A program made the position numbers and the translations under genes. A model generated the notes under the pieces. The model made no database searches and was not told where the DNA came from. It saw only the letters and a program-made list of their open reading frames with translations. This document shows, piece by piece, positions 57,093 through 64,000 of a DNA stretch of 64,000 nucleotides. This stretch comes from Oceanispirochaeta sp. (GTDB taxonomy: Bacteria; Spirochaetota; Spirochaetia; DSM-2461): the NCBI GenBank assembly GCA_963666275.2, contig CAXXOA010000002.1, positions 1,280,001-1,344,000 on the forward strand. The letters run 5' to 3'. How positions within the stretch are numbered: position 1 is the stretch's first letter; each line of letters starts with the position of its first letter.

Positions 57093-57818
57093 ATGGACAA
57101 GTATAGAACCCTGTCACTGGTGGATTACATACAGCTCCTTTATAAGGGCCGGCTGGATAAATACCTCTATTCCTACTTTGAAGAGGAGCTGAAGGAATGT
57201 ACGCCCTTTGAGGTGAATCTGGCTATTGAGAATCTGATCATCCGGTATAAGGATGTGGAGGATATTGAAAAAACCGTTGCCCGGTTTCTCCGGGCGGCCT
57301 CTCGCGGTCTGGATCAGTACCCGGCGCCCGAGTATGGACGGGAAACACTTTTTTCAGTTCTTGTGAGGGAAAACAGAGTTATCCGGAATCTCCTGGAAGA
57401 TCTGAAAGGGGTTTTTCTTCAGATTCTCCCCCTGCTGAAGCAGAACAGTTCTGCAGAAAAAGCGGCGTTCGGGAGGGAAATTCGTAAACTGGAAGCGGTG
57501 AAGTCCCATTACCTGAAGCTGCAGTACGGCCTTTTCTCCGCTCTGGAGTCCGTGGGTGCCCCAACCTTGTGTATCAAACTGATGTGGCATCTGCAGGATT
57601 CGGTCTGGCCCCTTCATAAGGAGTGCCTGGCTTTACTGGACAGCGAAGAGTGGGATTTTCAAATGTTCAATAAGACCTACGGCCAACTGTATTTTCTTGT
57701 GGGAACCCTGTTATACAGGGAAGAGAAGATCCTCTATCCGGTAGCCGTATCGGTTCTGCCCTTATCAGTCCAGGAATCTCTGGTGAAGGAAACAGGCTCC
57801 TACGGAATCCTGTCGTAA
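57093..57818 (+). CDS. Degenerate DUF438/hemerythrin-like protein lacking PAS domain
   Basis: RENR, HY.K....LF..LE, MW, REEKILYP collinear with the upstream gene. Confidence 0.7.
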   Translation: MDKYRTLSLVDYIQLLYKGRLDKYLYSYFEEELKECTPFEVNLAIENLIIRYKDVEDIEKTVARFLRAASRGLDQYPAPEYGRETLFSVLVRENRVIRNLLEDLKGVFLQILPLLKQNSSAEKAAFGREIRKLEAVKSHYLKLQYGLFSALESVGAPTLCIKLMWHLQDSVWPLHKECLALLDSEEWDFQMFNKTYGQLYFLVGTLLYREEKILYPVAVSVLPLSVQESLVKETGSYGILS

Positions 57819-57917
57819 TATTTGCCATCGATTTCTGTTGTTTATTTTGAATTGGTATTGTCATGCCCTATGATTGGATTAGAAAACCATTCGAATTAAA
57901 GAATATTCTATATATAA

Positions 57918-57933
57918 TGTAACATATATCACA
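57918..57933 (+). promoter_or_regulatory. Crp/HcpR-type box upstream of cupin gene
   Basis: TGTAA-CATATA-TCACA. Confidence 0.65.
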
Positions 57934-57983
57934 TACAGACTCTCTGTTCTCTTTTATATTCTTAAAGTATAGAGGAGGTCGGA

Positions 57984-58304
57984 ATGATAATTACAACAAT
58001 TGAAAAAGCCGAAACAATGGTACATAAAAACGGAGTTAAAGCCCAGAAGGTCTACTCGCATCCGGAAGCTCTGGTAAACCATCTTACATTTCAGGGAGGG
58101 GCGCGGTTAAAAACTCATACCACCCCGGTGGATGTGTTTTTCTATGTGCTGGAAGGAAAAGCCTGGATTGAGATAGGGGATGAGCGGGGCGCTGTGGAAG
58201 CCGGTTCTGTTGTAGAGAGTCCCAAAGGCATTCCCCATGCTCTGGAAAATTTCAGCGATAATGAAATCCTGAGAGTGATGGTTGTAAAGACTCCCAGGCC
58301 GTGA
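57984..58304 (+). CDS. Cupin domain protein
   Basis: HTTP...FYVLEG, PKGIPH; GGAGG RBS. Confidence 0.88.
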   Translation: MIITTIEKAETMVHKNGVKAQKVYSHPEALVNHLTFQGGARLKTHTTPVDVFFYVLEGKAWIEIGDERGAVEAGSVVESPKGIPHALENFSDNEILRVMVVKTPRP

Positions 58305-58364
58305 ATGGATAATAGGAAGGAAGTATGGGAAATTATCCTTGATTTCGTGGAGTGAGTGTATTAT

Positions 58365-58380
58365 GTTAGTAATCGATAAC
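58365..58380 (+). promoter_or_regulatory. Candidate TetR operator (tetR promoter)
   Basis: GTTAGTAATCGATAAC overlapping the -10 of TTGATT-N17-TATGTT. Confidence 0.65.
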
Positions 58381-58399
58381 TATTCGGGGGACCAGTCAT

Positions 58400-58987
58400 A
58401 TGTTTACAGACCGGCAGAAAGACTTTCTGAAAGCAGCTAATATGATTATCTCTCAGGAAGGATTCAGTAAATTGACCATCCGGAATGTGGCAGCAGCGGT
58501 GGGAGTGACCGAGCCGTCCGTGTACAGGCATTTTCCCAGCAAGCTTGTGCTTCTGGAGAATTTGTTGGAGGATCTGCAGTCAAAACTGATGCCCCATTTT
58601 CATGGCTTTCTAAAGGAGGCGGCTCATAATTCCGACAGTTTCAGGATTTTCATTCTGGGGTTGTTCAGAGAGTTTAAAGCCAATCCGTCGTATGCTTTTT
58701 TTGTATTTTCCGAGGAGGTTTTCCATAACGAGGCCCAATTGAAAAACAAATTGCAGATGATCATGGCTGAAAACATTTCTTTTCTTGCCAGGGCATTTGA
58801 AATATTTCAGTCCCGGGGATACTGCCGGGATGATCTCACTCCCCGGGAGATCGCATTGAATACCCTTGCCATGATTCGGTTAACTGTAAGCCGTTGGAAG
58901 ATAATGGACGAAGCGGAAGATCTGGATACTATGGCCAAAGAGATGGTGTCATCGCAGACTACATTACTGGGCGTTTCCGGATCGTGA
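58400..58987 (+). CDS. TetR/AcrR family transcriptional regulator
   Basis: GFSKLTIRNVAAAVGVTEPSVYRHFPSK. Confidence 0.93.
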   Translation: MFTDRQKDFLKAANMIISQEGFSKLTIRNVAAAVGVTEPSVYRHFPSKLVLLENLLEDLQSKLMPHFHGFLKEAAHNSDSFRIFILGLFREFKANPSYAFFVFSEEVFHNEAQLKNKLQMIMAENISFLARAFEIFQSRGYCRDDLTPREIALNTLAMIRLTVSRWKIMDEAEDLDTMAKEMVSSQTTLLGVSGS

Positions 58988-59006
58988 GATTTTTTTTATT
59001 ATTAAA

Positions 59007-59022
59007 GTTAGTGAACGATAAC
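59007..59022 (+). promoter_or_regulatory. Candidate TetR operator (MMPL operon)
   Basis: GTTAGTGAACGATAAC, 14/16 identical to the 58365 site. Confidence 0.65.
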
Positions 59023-59037
59023 AAACATGGAGGTCTT

Positions 59038-61368
59038 ATGATAAATGTTTATAGAAAAATAGCGGAAAAACCTTATCTGGTGTTGGTTGTACTGATCCTT
59101 TTCGGGGCAGTTTTTACGGGATCTATTAAAAAAAATGCCAGAATAGAAACAGATCTGGATAAGTATATGCCCCAGGACAATCCCGAGTTTGTCGCCAGCG
59201 ATATGGCGGAAGAGGAGTTTGAAATCCGGGACTCAGTTATTATTGCTATAGAACATCCCGAGACAGTGTACAACCCCGAGACCTTGGCTAAAATCCGGAC
59301 AATCTCAGAAATCCTCCCCGAAAGATTTGACAGGATCAAAGAGGAAGATATTTCGTCGCTTTTTACAGCGGAGAATATTACTGCCGATGAATGGGGTTTG
59401 GTCGTGGAACCTTTTTACGGAAGACGAAACATAATGCCGGAGCAGGCAGACCAGATCCGCCGGGCCGTCCAGGGAAATGAGATGGTCGACGGCAGACTTG
59501 TCAGTAAAGACGGCAGAGCGGCACTTGTGATTCTGGATATGGCGGATGAGGATTTTTCTCTCTCCTTCTATGAGGAACTGCTGAGTTTTGCACAGGAGTA
59601 TGAGGGGCCTGAAAACATCCGGATCACCGGCCGTCCCATCATAGAAGGGGAAATGACCAAACTGGGGCCTAAAGATATGGCTCGTATGGCCCCTCTGGTG
59701 CTTATATTGATTATTCTGATCGTTTTTCTCCTGCTCCGGAGTGCCAGAGATACCCTCATCAATGTCGTTATTGTACTGATCGGGACTCTATCTGCCTTCG
59801 GCATGATGACATTGTTTAAAATTCCCATTTATTCGGTATCCACCATGATCCCTGTTATGCTCATAGCCATCGGGGTGGCAGACGGGATTCATCTGCATAA
59901 TGCCATTGCCTTTATTGTAAGGGAGAACCCGGATATATCCCGGAATGAACTGATTCAGGAAACCCTGAGATCAATGAGCCGGCCGGTACAGATGACCTCG
60001 ATCACCACAGCCATCGGATTCCTCTCTCTTTTGACCAGCGATGTCCTGCCGGTGCGTTATTTCGGACTATTCACCGCCGTGGGGATTATGGTGGAAATGC
60101 TTCTGGCTCTGATCCTCTTTCCCGCTTCCATACATCTGTTCGGTGTCCCAGGAAGAAACAGGAAGAGGCAATCACCTGAAACTAAAAAGACCGTGAGAGC
60201 TCAAGGGACATTCAGTGCCAGGTACAGCCGGAAGCTCCTTTCCCGTCCCGGCCGAACCCTGTTTTTCACAATCCTTGTTCTGGCGGCGGCTGTCTGGGGC
60301 ACAACTCTGGTATGGATCGACACAAGCTTTCTGGCAAACTTTCAGAAAGACAGTGCCATTGTAGAGACTGATACTTTTGTGAATACCCATTTCGGCGGGA
60401 CTTCAACATTGAACATTGTCTTCAGAGCAGCTGAAAATGATGTGTTTAAAAATCCGGAAGTTTTGGAAGTTATGGATGATATCCAGAAAAAAGTGGAAAT
60501 GAACCCTCTTGTGGGAGACAGTTTTGCTCTCACCGATTATCTGAAGCGGATGCATCAGGTTATGCACGCCGATGATTCGGAGTACAACCGGATTCCCGAA
60601 TCCAGAGATCTGATCGCCCAGTACCTGCTGCTCTATGAAATGTCCGGAGACCCGGACAACTTGAATCAGGTGGTGGATTACGACTATGCCAATGCCAATA
60701 TGACTTTTCAGCTGAAGAGTGACAGTTCCGCTCTGATGATGGAGGTTATGAAAGAGATCGATCCCTTTCTTCCCGCACTGGCTGCTGAAGGTGTGAGTGT
60801 GCAATACGCAGGCAGCGGTTATAAATCCATGATTTTTGCGGAACTGCTCATGAAAGGGCAGATTGCCAGTCTGTTATTCTCTTTCATTCTGGTAGCTCTT
60901 ATGCTGACGCTTATGTTTAAAAGCATTCTGACAGGTCTGGCCGGCACTATCCCGATCAGCGTAACCGCCGTCATAAACTTCGGGCTTATGGGGTTACTCG
61001 GGATACCCTTGAGTTCTTCTACAGCCATTATTTCGGCAATTGCCATTGGGATCGGAGTGGATTATGCCATCCATCTGATAGAACAATACCGTACCAACCG
61101 GGAGAAAGGCTTCGGCTATAACCAAGCTGCTGAAAAGACCCTGGCGCATACGGGCCGAGCCATTGTCTATAACGCCATTGCCGTTATCGGGGGATTCTCG
61201 GTATTGCTGGTCAGTGTTTTCCCTCCCAACCGTCAGGTCGGCGGTCTGGTGGGATTGAATATGGCAACCAGTATGGCCGGGACTTTAACACTGCTGATTT
61301 TGGCGCTTGTGAAAATCGACCGCCGGAAAAATAAAGTAATCAATAATATTGAAGGTGATAGAGTATGA
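59038..61368 (+). CDS. MMPL/RND family transporter
   Basis: Two repeats with IAIGVADGIH and IGIGVDYAIH, TSITTAIGF; ATG 59038 after GGAGG. Confidence 0.92.
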   Translation: MINVYRKIAEKPYLVLVVLILFGAVFTGSIKKNARIETDLDKYMPQDNPEFVASDMAEEEFEIRDSVIIAIEHPETVYNPETLAKIRTISEILPERFDRIKEEDISSLFTAENITADEWGLVVEPFYGRRNIMPEQADQIRRAVQGNEMVDGRLVSKDGRAALVILDMADEDFSLSFYEELLSFAQEYEGPENIRITGRPIIEGEMTKLGPKDMARMAPLVLILIILIVFLLLRSARDTLINVVIVLIGTLSAFGMMTLFKIPIYSVSTMIPVMLIAIGVADGIHLHNAIAFIVRENPDISRNELIQETLRSMSRPVQMTSITTAIGFLSLLTSDVLPVRYFGLFTAVGIMVEMLLALILFPASIHLFGVPGRNRKRQSPETKKTVRAQGTFSARYSRKLLSRPGRTLFFTILVLAAAVWGTTLVWIDTSFLANFQKDSAIVETDTFVNTHFGGTSTLNIVFRAAENDVFKNPEVLEVMDDIQKKVEMNPLVGDSFALTDYLKRMHQVMHADDSEYNRIPESRDLIAQYLLLYEMSGDPDNLNQVVDYDYANANMTFQLKSDSSALMMEVMKEIDPFLPALAAEGVSVQYAGSGYKSMIFAELLMKGQIASLLFSFILVALMLTLMFKSILTGLAGTIPISVTAVINFGLMGLLGIPLSSSTAIISAIAIGIGVDYAIHLIEQYRTNREKGFGYNQAAEKTLAHTGRAIVYNAIAVIGGFSVLLVSVFPPNRQVGGLVGLNMATSMAGTLTLLILALVKIDRRKNKVINNIEGDRV

Positions 61369-62159
61369 CTGAATTGAGAGAAAAAAAGATCCTTATGGTA
61401 TTTTCGCTGTTTTTGTTTACTGTGCTGGCTTTATCAGCTCAGCCGAGGGGACGGGACATTATGGAAAATGTCTATAACCGGTCTACCGGGGAGGATATGA
61501 CCGCTGAACTGAATATGATTTTGACCAACTCCCGTGGATCGGTACGGGAAAGAAGTATTGCCCAATACAGCAGGGAAACAGGGGAGGGGAACCAGAAAAT
61601 CATGTTCTTCCTTTCCCCGGCGGATGTAGAGGACACCAGTTTTATGAGCTGGTCCTATGATGACGGCAGCGATGATGATCAGTGGATTTATCTGCCCGCT
61701 TTAAGACGGGTAAAGCGTATTTCCTCAAAGAACAAGGACGATGCCTTTATGGGGTCCGACTTCACTTATGATGATCTTGGTGAGAGGCACCCTTCCGAGG
61801 ACAATCACAGGATCCTCAGGGAAGAGAGTTATCAAGGGGAATCCTGCTATGTTATTGAGAGTACACCAGTCAGTGATGAAGAACCATACAGCAGAACTGT
61901 TTCGTGGATTGCCAAAGATAAATGGATCGGTATCAAAAAGGATTTTTTTGATCACCGGGGAGATCTGTATAAAACATTACAGATTGATGAATACAAGCAG
62001 ATCGACGGCTATTGGGTTATTACGGATATGATCATGGAAGATCTGGACAGGGAACACTCCACAAGGTTGGAAATGGGGAACATTACATTTAACAATAACC
62101 TTTCGGATGACCTTTTTACAGAGAGGCAGATGAAGCGGAATCCTGCAGGTAGGCTATAA
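61365..62159 (+). CDS. Outer-membrane lipoprotein-sorting (LolA-like) protein
   Basis: FLSPADV, QWIYLPALRRVKRI, FMGSDFTYDD. Confidence 0.88.
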   Translation: MTELREKKILMVFSLFLFTVLALSAQPRGRDIMENVYNRSTGEDMTAELNMILTNSRGSVRERSIAQYSRETGEGNQKIMFFLSPADVEDTSFMSWSYDDGSDDDQWIYLPALRRVKRISSKNKDDAFMGSDFTYDDLGERHPSEDNHRILREESYQGESCYVIESTPVSDEEPYSRTVSWIAKDKWIGIKKDFFDHRGDLYKTLQIDEYKQIDGYWVITDMIMEDLDREHSTRLEMGNITFNNNLSDDLFTERQMKRNPAGRL

Positions 62160-63383
62160 ATGAAAAAAAGATTCAACCTGCACAATATAGTTCTTGCCTC
62201 TCTTGTATTCCTGCTTTCTGTTGATGCCGGCGCTAAAGAGATAGAAGTTTCCGGGATGCTGCGGAGTTATATCGGCGCAAGAGTGCAGGAAGAGGATATT
62301 CCCGTGACCGAGCAGACTGTGGACCTTTCTCTGGAAAGCTGGGGCGATATCAGCGAAATACTGATAAATCCTTATGCGTATGTTGCTGAAAACGGGGAAG
62401 TGGATATGGGGTTCAGCGAAGCCTATATAGATTTTTTCCTTCCCGGTATTGATCTGCGTCTGGGGCAGCAGGCTGTTGTCTGGGGACAGGCGGAAGGAGC
62501 CTTTATTACGGATATCGTCAGCCCTCAGGATCTCAGATCATTTATTCTGGCTGATTTCTCGGAGATCCGGAAAGGAGTCCCCGCTGTTAAAGCCGATTCC
62601 TACTTCGGACATTTGACCATGGAGGCCGTCTGGATTCCCCGGTTTGTTCCCACATCACTGCCAGGGGAGAATTCTATCTGGTATGTTCCTGAGATGACTA
62701 CGGCAGAAAGTGCTGACTTGCCTGGGTATTCACTGGAAAACAGTGAAATTTTTGGTAAGATCAGTTACTTCGGGGCAGCCCTGAACGCAGAAATCATGGC
62801 CGGTTACGCTTGGGACGACAATCCAGTGGTAACTGGAGCCGTCACATCACCGGAGAGCCGTTATTATCGTTATACTGTTACAGGAGGAAGTTTCAGTACA
62901 ACCTTGGGCCCTGTTGTCCTCCGGGGAGAAACTGCAGTCTATCTGGACCGTGAGTTTTCCGCTCTCAGTTCCGGAGAAACCGGTCCGCAGTTCAGCGCTG
63001 AATCCTATAATCAGATCCACGGTCTACTGGGACTGGACTGGAGTATGCTGGGCGTGGATATGTCTGCTCAGTATATCCATCAGCAGATCCCGGATTATGA
63101 TGAGAGTCTTTTAGCAGAAGAAATAACCCGGACTGTGACTTTCAGGGTAAGGGACAGCTATCTGGCAGACACACTGACATGGGAGCTTTTTTCCTATCTG
63201 GAGTTGCTGGATCTCGACGAGGGGACAGCCGATGCTCTTCTTCGCCCGTCCCTCATTTACAGCCTGGAAGAGGGGGTTGAGCTGAAAACCGGAGTAGAGA
63301 TCTTTCTGGGAGATGAAGAGGGCCGCTTCGGTCAGTATGAAGACAATACAATGGCCTATGTCTCCGTCAGCTGGTATTTCTGA
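62160..63383 (+). CDS. Putative outer-membrane beta-barrel protein (DUF1302-like)
   Basis: Signal peptide, EAYID, RLGQQ.VVWG, FGQY, terminal YVSVSWYF. Confidence 0.75.
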   Translation: MKKRFNLHNIVLASLVFLLSVDAGAKEIEVSGMLRSYIGARVQEEDIPVTEQTVDLSLESWGDISEILINPYAYVAENGEVDMGFSEAYIDFFLPGIDLRLGQQAVVWGQAEGAFITDIVSPQDLRSFILADFSEIRKGVPAVKADSYFGHLTMEAVWIPRFVPTSLPGENSIWYVPEMTTAESADLPGYSLENSEIFGKISYFGAALNAEIMAGYAWDDNPVVTGAVTSPESRYYRYTVTGGSFSTTLGPVVLRGETAVYLDREFSALSSGETGPQFSAESYNQIHGLLGLDWSMLGVDMSAQYIHQQIPDYDESLLAEEITRTVTFRVRDSYLADTLTWELFSYLELLDLDEGTADALLRPSLIYSLEEGVELKTGVEIFLGDEEGRFGQYEDNTMAYVSVSWYF

Positions 63384-63649
63384 GTAACCAAAATAAAGCA
63401 GGATCTGATGTGGCAGGATTTTAAGATTGTTTTATCTGGTAAACCTACCTTGCTCATGATCCTGCCTGCAGGGCTTAGGCCAAATTTGTTTAGCCCAATC
63501 ACTAGGTGGACGGTTTGCTGTGTGGTTGTTTTTGCTTTTTTAGTGTGATAAATGATAGCTGCGCCGGTAAATCAGTATTATCCTCAGATTATATACCGTC
63601 AAGGAGGCCAAATTCATAATTTGCCACTTCAACATTAAAGGAGTTTTAT

Positions 63650-64000
63650 GTGGATGTATATCTGTTGTATATAGTTGCTTTCATATTATTGGTTCTGTCT
63701 TTAATAAAAAGCCGGATCAAAACGAAAAAAGCCCTGATAAAAGCTTTTCGTTCTATGGAAAATATTCTTCCCGAGATGCTTTCGGTATTGATGCTGGTAG
63801 CCATGATACTGACTTTACTCGATGAAAACACTATCTCCCGGTATTTGGGTGATTCTTCGGGTTTTTTAGGACTGATTGCTCCGGCACTGGTCGGAGCCGT
63901 AACATTAATTCCCGGGTTTGTCGCTTTTCCCGTGGCAGGTAAACTATTGGAAAGCGGAGCTGGAGTTCTTCAGGTGGCAGCATTTGTTACTTCTCTGATG
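63650..64000 (+). CDS. Permease (ArsP/DUF318-like half-size), partial, runs off the window
   Basis: GTG after AAGGAG; open to the end: KTKKAL..AFRSMENILP...GAVTLIPGFVAFP...LLESGAG...AAFVTSLM. Confidence 0.8.
   Translation, partial: MDVYLLYIVAFILLVLSLIKSRIKTKKALIKAFRSMENILPEMLSVLMLVAMILTLLDENTISRYLGDSSGFLGLIAPALVGAVTLIPGFVAFPVAGKLLESGAGVLQVAAFVTSLM

Noticed and set aside
1..64000. CRISPR arrays, tRNA/rRNA, prophage or anti-phage defence genes
   Set aside because: No repeat-spacer array, cloverleaf, rRNA-like segment or recognisable phage/defence domain seen; the MalT-like STAND protein ends in a LuxR HTH, which marks it as a regulator

Overview
Bacterial chromosomal window, probably from a free-living anaerobic spirochaete. 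This is inferred from the short 'VFGEGQK'/'LFASGEQ' substrate-binding-protein leaders and an OmpA protein with repeated FlgD-type Ig domains. It holds about 60 genes and no rRNA, tRNA or CRISPR. From left to right: (1) a flavinylated FMN/FAD reductase lipoprotein with a PucR-type regulator, marC, glgC, an Ig-repeat OmpA lipoprotein, a MalT-like regulator with a divergent 67-aa partner, and a GT4. (2) A ~23 kb carbohydrate island. It contains a DeoR-linked divergon of eight enzymes of unknown pathway, a LacI operon with visible operators and a CUT2 ABC transporter, and a YesMN-like two-component system facing a duplicated binding protein. (3) Flavin/redox genes with an RsrR-like Rrf2 regulator and a perfect 11-5-11 palindrome. 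(4) An OmpR/BaeS-like pair whose probable direct-repeat box recurs upstream of three local operons, including a DUF4353-VTC-DUF4956 operon. (5) A DUF2798-like gene behind a short promoter-leader-terminator, a candidate riboswitch or attenuator. (6) An intact IS66 without target duplication next to an AT-rich islet. (7) A Crp/Fnr-fprA-ric-DUF438 nitrosative-stress cluster with two Crp boxes and a degenerate hemerythrin paralogue. (8) A TetR-MMPL-LolA-like-barrel operon and a partial permease. All product calls come from motif recognition by eye; no database search was run.
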